Below are positions 1 through 7,626 of a stretch of 64,000 nt of DNA, piece by piece. Every line of letters starts with the position of its first letter. The stretch's first letter is position 1. The position numbers and the translations under genes are program-made. The notes under the pieces were generated by a model that had not been told where the DNA came from, did not search any database, and was given only the letters and a program-made list of their open reading frames with translations. Origin of the DNA: Sporomusaceae bacterium. Its GTDB lineage: Bacteria; Bacillota; Negativicutes; Acidaminococcales; JAJUGR01. The stretch is taken from assembly GCA_029265905.1 (NCBI GenBank), contig JAJUGR010000005.1, positions 2,553 through 66,552 on the forward strand. Direction: 5' to 3'.

Positions 1-425
1 GGGACGGTTATTCAGACGGGAACCGTTTTTATGGCTGGTCGGCCAACTATTCGCATAATATTTTCGAGCGTGGCAAGAAAAGCTTGGATTGGTTTGCTTT
101 TGCCAGCCGCGGGCGCTACCGCTACGAATCACCGGACTATGAGAGTCCTGCCGCTCGCATCAGCTATGGTGTTGGCACGGTCCAGCGCTGGCAAATTCCA
201 AACGGTTATTGGGAATGGACCAATGGGCTAGGGTGGGGCTATGACAAACCGGAACCAACTGACTTCTCGCCTTACACGCGTTTGGAGCATGGTTACAGTT
301 TTTCACCGTCGCACAAGTTGGTGGCAGGGATTGAATACGGCGGTCGAACGAATCGGCTGAACAACCGACATGGTATGCTGTATGGTTATCGGCAGTTCGA
401 CGTCCGGTATGATATTGCATGGTAG
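1..425 (+). CDS. pgaA: PgaA-like outer-membrane PNAG export porin, C-terminal fragment (5' end lies outside the window)
   Basis: Frame 3 is open from the window edge, with no stop before the TTG at 84. The Gly/aromatic-rich beta-strand-like sequence ends ...RYDIAW, and a terminal aromatic is typical of OM beta-barrels. The stop overlaps the start of the pgaB-like ORF, which is followed by pgaC and pgaD homologues. Confidence 0.55.
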   Translation, partial: DGYSDGNRFYGWSANYSHNIFERGKKSLDWFAFASRGRYRYESPDYESPAARISYGVGTVQRWQIPNGYWEWTNGLGWGYDKPEPTDFSPYTRLEHGYSFSPSHKLVAGIEYGGRTNRLNNRHGMLYGYRQFDVRYDIAW

Positions 426-2353
426 GGGGAATGAGGATGTTGGCAAAGTATTTGCAGTCCTTTTTGCGGTTGGCGGCCTTAAGTATCGTTCTCTTTGTTC
501 TTGCGCCATTACCCGCTTGGGCTGGCTCATTGACGGTACTTTGCTACCACGATATTGCCAGCCGGGATGAGGCGGGCGCCGCCAATCCCTGGACGGTAAC
601 CGAAGACGTTTTGGATAGTCATTTCCGTTATCTGCGCGACAACGGTTATCAAGTAATTAGTTTGGCTGATTATCTGGCTGCAGGCAACGGCGAGAAAGTT
701 CTGCCGGAGAAGGCCGTTTTACTCACCTTTGACGACGGATACGTATCGTTTTATGAAAAAGCGTTCCCGTTGCTGCACCGTTATGAATATTCGGCGGTGC
801 TCGCGGTTGTCGGCAACTGGATCGATGGTACGCCGCCGGATGACGTGGGGAAGCTGCTCAACTGGGCTCAACTCCGGACGCTGGAAGCAAGCGGACGGGT
901 AGAGGTAGTATCTCATTCGCACGACCTTCATCGCCTGGGCACCATGACGCCGCAGGGAGACGGAGCCAACTTGGCGAAGCAGCGGCTATATGTCGGCGAC
1001 AAGTATGAAACGCAAGCCGATTTTGAGGCCCGCATCGCGTCTGATTTCTCGCTGGTGCAAGAAACTTTTCGACGTGAACTTGGCCATACGGCCCGTGCCC
1101 TTGTCTGGCCGTACGGCCATTACAGCGGCGACGCTTTGCGCCTTGCGAAGCGTGCGGGATTTTTGGCCACCTTCGGCCTGGACGGCGAGGCGAAGACAAC
1201 GGGCGAGAACAGCCTGCCGGTAGTTAGACGCGGAATCATTTACGGCAACCCCGACGAAAAGCGTTTTGCCACGTTTCTAGATAGCGGTATGGCCGAGTGG
1301 CGCAAGCGGCCGATGCGCTTGGCGCAAGTAGATTTGGATCTAATCTACGACCCGGATCGCAGGCAAATGGACGAAAATATCCGTCAGCTGTTGGAAAGAT
1401 TGGCCAGATCAGAGGTTAATGCCGTAGCCCTGCAGAGCTTTGCCGACCCCAATGGCGACGGCAATGTCGAGCAAGCTTATTTTTGGACACGCCAGGCACC
1501 GGTCAAAGCGGACGTATTCAGCCACGTTTCCAGACGTTTGGCAGAAAGAGGTTACCGGGTATTTGCCTGGCTGCCAACGCTAGCCGGGCAGTGGCTCCTG
1601 ACAGATAACCCCGAGGACGAGGTGGTGGCTAGCGAAGCCTCCAAGGCGGGGTGGTACAGGCGCGCCACGCCGTTTAGCGGGCGTGTACAGCAGAAACTGC
1701 ACAAATTAGTTGATGATCTATTTACGTACGCGTGGGTAGATGGCGTACTGTTTCAGGACGACTTGTATTTGAATGATTTTGAGGATTTTTCGCCGGCGGC
1801 AAAAGTTGCCTACTCGCATTCGTTCGGCCACGCGCTGACCCCTGCTGTTCAGGAAGATCCTGCGCTAAGGGCGGAGTGGACGGCCTGGAAAACAAGTGCG
1901 ATCAATCAACTGACGGTTGAGTTGGCCAGGACGATTCGGCACAGGCGTCCGGATGCGTTAATCTTGCGCAATATTTACGCCATGCCTGTTCTCAAGCCTG
2001 GTGCCGAGGAGTGGTTTTCCCAGCGCTACAGCAACTTTTTAAGTGAATATGATTACACCGTGATCATGGCCTATCCGTACATGGAAAAAGAGGGAGATGC
2101 GGCGGGCCAATGGCTGGAAAAACTGGCGCGGACGGCGCTGCGCAACCAGGATGACGCCCAGCGGGTAATTTTTAAACTCCAAACATACGATTGGGAAAAG
2201 AAACGCTGGCTGAGCGACAAGGAGATGCGGCAGCAGGTGGCGGCGCTGAGAAAGGGCGGCGCCAGGCACATCGGTTATTACCCGGAAGCCGTGTTTGATG
2301 TGAAGATTGCGCCTTTGCCTGTTGTAGATAAGGGGGCGTATGATCAGCCATGA
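419..2353 (+). CDS. pgaB: PgaB-like poly-beta-1,6-N-acetylglucosamine N-deacetylase (N-terminal polysaccharide deacetylase plus C-terminal glycoside-hydrolase-like domain)
   Basis: 644 aa. Signal peptide ...LAPLPAWAGS, then CYHDI...LLTFDDGY...SHSHDLH deacetylase-type motifs. The size and two-domain layout match PgaB. ATG at 437, behind AGGGGGA, is an alternative start. The 3' end overlaps pgaC by 4 nt (ATGA). Confidence 0.85.
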   Translation: MVGGMRMLAKYLQSFLRLAALSIVLFVLAPLPAWAGSLTVLCYHDIASRDEAGAANPWTVTEDVLDSHFRYLRDNGYQVISLADYLAAGNGEKVLPEKAVLLTFDDGYVSFYEKAFPLLHRYEYSAVLAVVGNWIDGTPPDDVGKLLNWAQLRTLEASGRVEVVSHSHDLHRLGTMTPQGDGANLAKQRLYVGDKYETQADFEARIASDFSLVQETFRRELGHTARALVWPYGHYSGDALRLAKRAGFLATFGLDGEAKTTGENSLPVVRRGIIYGNPDEKRFATFLDSGMAEWRKRPMRLAQVDLDLIYDPDRRQMDENIRQLLERLARSEVNAVALQSFADPNGDGNVEQAYFWTRQAPVKADVFSHVSRRLAERGYRVFAWLPTLAGQWLLTDNPEDEVVASEASKAGWYRRATPFSGRVQQKLHKLVDDLFTYAWVDGVLFQDDLYLNDFEDFSPAAKVAYSHSFGHALTPAVQEDPALRAEWTAWKTSAINQLTVELARTIRHRRPDALILRNIYAMPVLKPGAEEWFSQRYSNFLSEYDYTVIMAYPYMEKEGDAAGQWLEKLARTALRNQDDAQRVIFKLQTYDWEKKRWLSDKEMRQQVAALRKGGARHIGYYPEAVFDVKIAPLPVVDKGAYDQP

Positions 2354-3615
2354 ACATTTTTGACTGGATCGGCGCATACATTTTTTATTATCCGCTGGTG
2401 ATGAGCCTGGTGTGGATGATTGGCGGCTTGTTTTTTCACTTTCGGAAAGAACGCCAGCAGGCGGAATTTCCTACCTTGCCGAGGTATCCGCTGATTTCAG
2501 TGCTGATCCCCGCTCGCAACGAGGAAGCGCATATTCAAGAAACGGTCGAAGCGATTCTGGGAACCGCTTACCCGAATTATGAGGTCATCGTTGTCAATGA
2601 CGCCAGCGGGGACACGACAGGCGAAATTGTCCGTGCATTGGCAGAGCGGCATGAGCAGGTGCGCGTGTTGGAGCTTACGACAAATATGGGCAAGGCCAAC
2701 GGCTTGAATTTCGCATTTTTAATGAGCCGGGGCGAAATCGTCGTGACGATTGATGCTGATTGTCTGCTCGATTATCATGCTTTGCACTGGATAGCGTGGC
2801 ACTTTGTCACGTTCCCGCGCGTCGGTGCTGTGACCGGCAATCCGCGCGTACGCAACCGCACCAGTCTGCTGGCCCAGATCCAGACAGCCGAATATTCTAG
2901 CGTCATCGGTTTGATCAAGCGTACCCAGCGCCTGTTGGGCAAGGTGCTGACCGTATCCGGCGTCATTGCCGGCTGGCGGCGCGAGGCTCTCATCGATGTC
3001 GGGCTGTGGAGCAGCGACATGGTGACGGATGACATTGATATGACTTGGAAAATGGAAAAGCGCTTTTGGGATGTCCGCTACGAAACGCGTGCATTGGGGT
3101 GGATGCTGGTGCCGGAGACGCTGACGGGACTATGGCGGCAGCGGTGCCGCTGGTCGCAGGGCGGGGTAGAGGTGCTGCGGCGTCACGCAGATGTCTGGAA
3201 GGATTGGCGGCAGCGGCGGATTTGGCCATTGTACCTTGATTACATATTGAGCATTAGCTGGGCGTACCTGTTCCTGCTCTCCATGCTGTTTTGGGCATAT
3301 TGCTTTCTGACCGGGAACTGGCATGCAATTGCCCAGCTAGGCAATCCGATTGTCCAGTGGAACGGTTCGGTTATCGCGCTTGTTTGTCTGCTGCAGTTCG
3401 CAGTCAGCCTGTTTATTGATGGCAAGTACGATCAGCGGCTCTGGCTGACGTATTTTTGGGTTATTTGGTATCCGATTGTTTATTGGCTGTTTAATGCGTT
3501 TACACTTTTGCTGGCTGTGCCGAAAGGGCTGATAAAGAAATTTGGCCAGACAGCTGTTTGGATTAGCCCCGATCGAGGGTTGAAGGTGGTGGAGCCGGAT
3601 GAGAAAAAAGCCTGA
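2350..3615 (+). CDS. pgaC: PgaC-like family-2 glycosyltransferase (PNAG synthase)
   Basis: 421 aa. N-terminal TM helix, VVNDASGD, IDADC and TDD motifs, the QRCRW (QxxRW) processive GT2 signature, and C-terminal TM helices. Confidence 0.9.
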   Translation: MNIFDWIGAYIFYYPLVMSLVWMIGGLFFHFRKERQQAEFPTLPRYPLISVLIPARNEEAHIQETVEAILGTAYPNYEVIVVNDASGDTTGEIVRALAERHEQVRVLELTTNMGKANGLNFAFLMSRGEIVVTIDADCLLDYHALHWIAWHFVTFPRVGAVTGNPRVRNRTSLLAQIQTAEYSSVIGLIKRTQRLLGKVLTVSGVIAGWRREALIDVGLWSSDMVTDDIDMTWKMEKRFWDVRYETRALGWMLVPETLTGLWRQRCRWSQGGVEVLRRHADVWKDWRQRRIWPLYLDYILSISWAYLFLLSMLFWAYCFLTGNWHAIAQLGNPIVQWNGSVIALVCLLQFAVSLFIDGKYDQRLWLTYFWVIWYPIVYWLFNAFTLLLAVPKGLIKKFGQTAVWISPDRGLKVVEPDEKKA

Positions 3616-4096
3616 ACCGCCTGTGATCTTTTCTCCCCGTGCGCAAACCAGGGGGCAGCGCACGGTTGAAAGCACGATCAAAGGCCTGTTGACGATCCTT
3701 TTGCTGGCGGTGGTGCTGCTGCTAACGATTGGTTTATGGATTGGGTCCGGTTGGTATTTGCGTGATCAGCTATTTGCTCCCCAGTACTTTGACCGTACGG
3801 TCAAGGTGATGATTACGCTGACTTTTGTAGCGCTTGCGGCGTTCTTGACAATTTTTGCCTGGCAGCAATACAACTTGCGCGTTTTTGGCGGGAAGAATCG
3901 GCGCAAGTTTGCGGAGGCGTTGGACGCTGGGCCTGTAGCGACGATGTTTCAAGTTGAATACGAGAATGTGGCTAAAGCACAGCGGCTGAAAATTGGCCGC
4001 CTGGTTGTTGAGGGGGAACGGTTGGTTCTATGCGATCTGAATGATGGTTGCTTCCCGCTGGTTTCCCCGGAAAACGCAAAAAAAAGCGGCAAGTAG
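3599..4096 (+). CDS. pgaD: PgaD-like small inner-membrane PNAG synthesis protein
   Basis: 165 aa with two predicted TM helices followed by QQYNLRVF and a soluble tail. Its position directly after pgaC, with a 17-nt overlap, matches the pgaABCD layout. Confidence 0.6.
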   Translation: MRKKPEPPVIFSPRAQTRGQRTVESTIKGLLTILLLAVVLLLTIGLWIGSGWYLRDQLFAPQYFDRTVKVMITLTFVALAAFLTIFAWQQYNLRVFGGKNRRKFAEALDAGPVATMFQVEYENVAKAQRLKIGRLVVEGERLVLCDLNDGCFPLVSPENAKKSGK

Positions 4097-4115
4097 ACGC
4101 TTTTTTTGCGTTTTT
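4075..4115 (+). terminator. Intrinsic terminator after pgaD
   Basis: cgcaaaaaaaagcg (4075-4088) pairs with cgctttttttgcg (4098-4110) and is followed by a T-run. The hairpin spans the pgaD stop codon. Confidence 0.7.
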
Positions 4116-4126
4116 GCCGGGATAAG

Positions 4127-4156
4127 TTGTCATATTTGCTTGGCAGGCGTTATAAT
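4127..4156 (+). promoter_or_regulatory. Sigma-70-type promoter for the LarA-family gene
   Basis: TTGTCA (4127-4132), an 18-nt spacer, then TATAAT (4151-4156). A 7-bp leader hairpin (aagctgt/acagctt) and GGAGGG follow, before the ATG at 4194. Confidence 0.45.
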
Positions 4157-4193
4157 GAAAGCTGTGGTGTAAAACAGCTTTGGAGGGTAAAAA

Positions 4194-5492
4194 ATGGACA
4201 AAACGATTCAGTTTGGTTTCGGCCGGAAGATGATGGCGCTTACGTTGCCTGAAGAACACATTTTGTATGAGATAGAAGGCGCTCCTGCGACCGAAATCAA
4301 CGACGTGGCAGCGGCGACGCTCGAGGCTCTGCGCAATCCGATCGGATCCCCCCCTTTGCGCGAATTGGTTAAAGCAGGGGAGACGGTTGCCGTAATCGTC
4401 AGCGACATTACGCGCGGCTGGATAAAATCCTATGCTTTCCTGCCGACGATTTTAAACGAACTCAATAGTGTCGGCATCCCGGATGAGGATATTTTTATTG
4501 TCATTGCTTTGGGCACGCATCGCCCGCATACGCCGGAAGAGGACCTGGCGGTGTGCGGCGAGGAAGTCGTCAAGCGGGTCCGGATTTTGCAGCATGACGG
4601 GTTGGACGCGTCACAGCTAACCTATCTAGGCAAAACGACGCGTGGTACGGAAGCTTATGTCAATTCGCACGTCATGAAGGCCGACCGCATTATTTTGACC
4701 GGCGGCATCGCTTTTCATTTAATGGCAGGCTACGGCGGCGGCCGCAAGAGCATCATGCCGGGGGTCAGCGGTGATGTGACGATTCAAGGCAACCACAGCA
4801 TTGCGCTGCATCCGACTGTCGGTTTGGGCGCCAACCCGCTGTGCGAGTCGGGCAAGCTTGACGGCAACCCGCTGCATGAGGATATGACTGAAGTTGCGGC
4901 GATGGTCAATCCGACCTTTTTGGTCAACGGGGTGTATACGGCGGAAGGAAAGTTCCATCGCATCATGGCCGGCCATTGGTACGAGGCTTGGCAAGAAGGC
5001 TGCAAGGCAGTTGACGGCATTTTCGGTATTCCGATTCAGGAGAAAGCGGATGTGGTCATTGCCTCGGCCGGCGGCTTCCCGAAGGACATTAATCTTTACC
5101 AGGGGTCAAAGACGATCGACAACGCGTTTATGGCCGCCAAACCAGACGGGGTTATCATTTGCCTTTTGGAATGCCCGGATATTCAAGAACCGCCGGTGTT
5201 CAGCTCCTGGTTCCGCTTTGATGACATTCGGACGTTTGAGCAGGCGGTGCGGGATGATTTCTCCATTCCGGCGTTCATCGCGTTTAAATGTGCTGACATT
5301 GCCAGCAAATTGACCGCGATTGTTGTCACAAAGCCAGAGAATGCGGCATTCATCAAGCGGACTGGCATGATTCCTGTCGCCACCTTGGATGAGGCGTGGG
5401 CGATCGCTCAAGAAAAGATGGCGGGAAGAGCTGATTATAAAGTGACTGTTATGACGCACGGCGCCAACACGGTGCCCAAGCTGAAGGCATAA
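4194..5492 (+). CDS. LarA-family nickel-pincer-cofactor-dependent 2-hydroxyacid racemase/epimerase homologue (DUF2088 family)
   Basis: 432 aa. ALGTHRPHT, FHLMAGYGGGRKSIMPG and QGNHS motifs resemble the catalytic His, cofactor-tethering Lys and Ni-His positions of lactate racemase. Confidence 0.75.
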   Translation: MDKTIQFGFGRKMMALTLPEEHILYEIEGAPATEINDVAAATLEALRNPIGSPPLRELVKAGETVAVIVSDITRGWIKSYAFLPTILNELNSVGIPDEDIFIVIALGTHRPHTPEEDLAVCGEEVVKRVRILQHDGLDASQLTYLGKTTRGTEAYVNSHVMKADRIILTGGIAFHLMAGYGGGRKSIMPGVSGDVTIQGNHSIALHPTVGLGANPLCESGKLDGNPLHEDMTEVAAMVNPTFLVNGVYTAEGKFHRIMAGHWYEAWQEGCKAVDGIFGIPIQEKADVVIASAGGFPKDINLYQGSKTIDNAFMAAKPDGVIICLLECPDIQEPPVFSSWFRFDDIRTFEQAVRDDFSIPAFIAFKCADIASKLTAIVVTKPENAAFIKRTGMIPVATLDEAWAIAQEKMAGRADYKVTVMTHGANTVPKLKA

Positions 5493-5538
5493 AAAAATCC
5501 TGTTGAGTCCCGGCCTGGGCTTCAACAGGATTTTTTAT
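5490..5538. terminator. Bidirectional intrinsic terminator between the convergent LarA-family and TerC genes
   Basis: atcctgttga (5497-5506) pairs perfectly with tcaacaggat (5522-5531). An A-run lies on one side and a T-run on the other. Confidence 0.8.
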
Positions 5539-5543
5539 GCCCG

Positions 5544-6347
5544 TTACGAGAAGGGGTGATGGGTGTGGTCGTTGCCGGAAAAAAACCAGCCGCCGATGCA
5601 GATTACAAGAAAAACGCTCCAAAAGGTCGCTTTCCATTCGGCCGATTCGACAAAACCGTGGTTGAGCATCGCGACGGCCGGATGGGCCATTGTGTACACC
5701 ATCAGTTTAACGCCGACCCAGCCAACCAGACCATAAGCTGCGGTTTCTAAGGCTGGACGACGATCGAGCAGCTCGACAACCTTTTGTGCCGCAAAGCGCA
5801 TCAAGATGACACCGATAAAACCGCCGGCGAAAACAACCAGAAACTTGGCTGTTTCCAAACCGCCGATCTGCTTGCTGATCAATGCGCCTAGATCAAGGGG
5901 GCGCAGCGTGAGCGCCAGCGCGAGCGCCGCCATGATCGAATCGACGGCAAATGCGATGTCGGCAATTTCCACCTTCAGCACTGTGAGCCAAAATTCTTTT
6001 GCGCTGGCGGGGGAGCTGGCGGGGCCGCCAGGTTCTTCATGCTGGGAAATGGCTTTCGCTTCAAGGCGACCATAGAGGTGCTTGAGACTCAAAAAGAGCA
6101 GGTAAACGGCGCCGATCGCTTGAATTTCCCACATGTCAATCAGATATGAAATAAGAAACAATGCGGAAAAACGCAATACAAACGCGCCGGCCAAGCCCCA
6201 AAAGAGGGCTCGACCTCGTTGTGCTTCCGGTAGAACGCGGACGATCACGGCCATCACGCAAGCATTGTCGGCAGCTAAGACGCCTTCAAGAAAAATCAGG
6301 ATAAGAAAGACCCAGAGGTACTCGACTAAAACTGGGGCATCCGGCAT
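5544..6347 (-). CDS. TerC/YkoY-family integral membrane protein (putative Mn2+ exporter), paralogue 1
   Basis: MPDAPVLVEYLWVFLILIFLEGVLAADNACVMAVIV... is a typical TerC N-terminus. I chose the ATG at 6347 behind AAGGAAG rather than the track start at 6395. A Mn2+ riboswitch precedes the gene. Confidence 0.85.
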   Translation of the reverse strand: MPDAPVLVEYLWVFLILIFLEGVLAADNACVMAVIVRVLPEAQRGRALFWGLAGAFVLRFSALFLISYLIDMWEIQAIGAVYLLFLSLKHLYGRLEAKAISQHEEPGGPASSPASAKEFWLTVLKVEIADIAFAVDSIMAALALALTLRPLDLGALISKQIGGLETAKFLVVFAGGFIGVILMRFAAQKVVELLDRRPALETAAYGLVGWVGVKLMVYTMAHPAVAMLNHGFVESAEWKATFWSVFLVICIGGWFFSGNDHTHHPFS

Positions 6348-6398
6348 GGTAATCACTTCCTTTAAATGTGATTTTGCATGGCTTTTGCCGGACAACCT

Positions 6399-6540
6399 AA
6401 AAAAGAAAAGACCTTTACCAATAAAAATTGGTAAAGGTCTCGCCTACAACGTCTCGCTGTTGCCTGCAAAGCCGAGGCTATGCCTGTGTTGACGACTTTG
6501 CAGCAGGAGGCTACTCCCCTTTGCCGTGCGGAGCTTTAAG
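6399..6540 (-). promoter_or_regulatory. yybP-ykoY (Mn2+) riboswitch with expression-platform terminator, copy 1
   Basis: The minus strand reads ..CAAAGGGGAGUAGCCUCC..CAAAGUCGUCAACACAGGCAUAGCCUCGGCUUUGCAGG..GCGAGACCUUUACC. This is followed by the hairpin AGACCUUUACCAAUUUUUAUUGGUAAAGGUCU and a U-run. All hallmark conserved blocks of the yybP-ykoY motif are present. Confidence 0.85.
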
Positions 6541-6636
6541 GCTACCCGGCAGTCGTACTACCACGAAAGGCGTATTTACTTCTTTCACCTTCAGTTTACC
6601 TGGGGGCTTTTCAACTGTCAAGAAATTTTCCGGGCG

Positions 6637-7425
6637 TTAGTCGTTAACTGTGGAGACCGTTTGCCGCTCGGAATAGATCCAGCCGCCAGCGCAGATGCCA
6701 AGAAACACGCTCCAGAAGAGGCCTTTCCAGGCGACAGACTCAACGAAGCCATGCGAGAGCAAGGCTACCCCGGGGTGGGCGAGCGTATAAACCAGCAACT
6801 TCACGCCGACCCAGGCGACCAAGAGATAAGCGGCAGTCTCAAGGCTTGGCCGTTTATCAAGCAGTTGGACGAATTTTTGCGCGGCAAACCGCATCAGCAC
6901 TAAACCGGCAAAACCGCCGATAAAAATCACGGCGAATTTCGCGGTATCCATGCCGCCGATCTGTCCGCCGATACCCAAAGAGGGGAGTGACATGGCCAGT
7001 GCGATGGCCGCCAAGATGGAGTCAACCGCGAAGGCTAGATCAGCCAACTCGACTTTCAGCACAGTGAGCCAAAAATCTTTCTTTGAGATCGGTGTGCTTT
7101 CGGCTTGTACTGCCGCAACGGCGTCTTTCTTATCGGCTGCAAAGCTTTGATGCAAGTGCTTGCCGCTCATAAAGAGGAGGTAAGCAGCGCCGATCGCTTG
7201 AATTTGCCACATGTCGATCATGTAGGAAATGACGAACAAGGACAACAGGCGAAAGACAAAGGCGCCAGCCAAGCCGAAGAATAAAGCACGTTGGCGCATT
7301 TTTTCCGGCAGCCTCTTGACAATGACCGCCATTACACAGGCATTGTCGGCAGCCAGAATTCCCTCCAAGACCACGAGAATCGCGAGTACCCATAAATACT
7401 CGACCAGGATGGTAGTTTCAGGCAT
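6637..7425 (-). CDS. TerC/YkoY-family integral membrane protein (putative Mn2+ exporter), paralogue 2
   Basis: 262 aa. MPETTILVEYLWVLAILVVLEGILAADNACVMAVIV..., collinear with paralogue 1. RBS AAGGGGGA is 9 nt upstream. The gene has its own Mn2+ riboswitch. Confidence 0.85.
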   Translation of the reverse strand: MPETTILVEYLWVLAILVVLEGILAADNACVMAVIVKRLPEKMRQRALFFGLAGAFVFRLLSLFVISYMIDMWQIQAIGAAYLLFMSGKHLHQSFAADKKDAVAAVQAESTPISKKDFWLTVLKVELADLAFAVDSILAAIALAMSLPSLGIGGQIGGMDTAKFAVIFIGGFAGLVLMRFAAQKFVQLLDKRPSLETAAYLLVAWVGVKLLVYTLAHPGVALLSHGFVESVAWKGLFWSVFLGICAGGWIYSERQTVSTVND

Positions 7426-7459
7426 ATGCGTCAGTCCCCCTTCAATTTGAGTTAGTGGT

Positions 7460-7585
7460 AAAAGAAAAAGACCTTTACCACCGGAATGGTAAAGGTCTTG
7501 CCAACAACTCGCGTTGCAACAAAGCCGAAGGCGCCATTGCCCTGAAATGACGACTTTGTTTAGGAGGCTACTCCCCTTTAGTGAT
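7460..7585 (-). promoter_or_regulatory. yybP-ykoY (Mn2+) riboswitch with expression-platform terminator, copy 2
   Basis: The minus strand reads UAAAGGGGAGUAGCCUCCUAAACAAAGUCGUCAUUUCAGGGCAAUGGCGCCUUCGGCUUUGUUGCAACGCGAGUUGUUGGCAAGACCUUUACC. A terminator AGACCUUUACCAUUCCGGUGGUAAAGGUCU plus a U-run follows. It closely resembles characterised Mn2+ riboswitch sequences. Confidence 0.88.
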
Positions 7586-7588
7586 CTT

Positions 7589-7618
7589 AGTATACGGGAG
7601 AGTTTGCGTATTTGTCAA
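7589..7618 (-). promoter_or_regulatory. Sigma-70-type promoter driving riboswitch copy 2
   Basis: On the minus strand, TTGACA (7618-7613), an 18-nt spacer, then TATACT (7594-7589). The predicted start lies a few nt before the AAAGGGGAG block. Confidence 0.5.
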
Positions 7619-7626
7619 TACACAAA

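Noticed and set aside
84-425. Track ORF treated as a complete 113-aa gene starting at 84.
   Set aside because: The frame is open back to the window edge and the start at 84 is TTG. It is better interpreted as the C-terminal end of a much larger PgaA-like gene truncated by the window.
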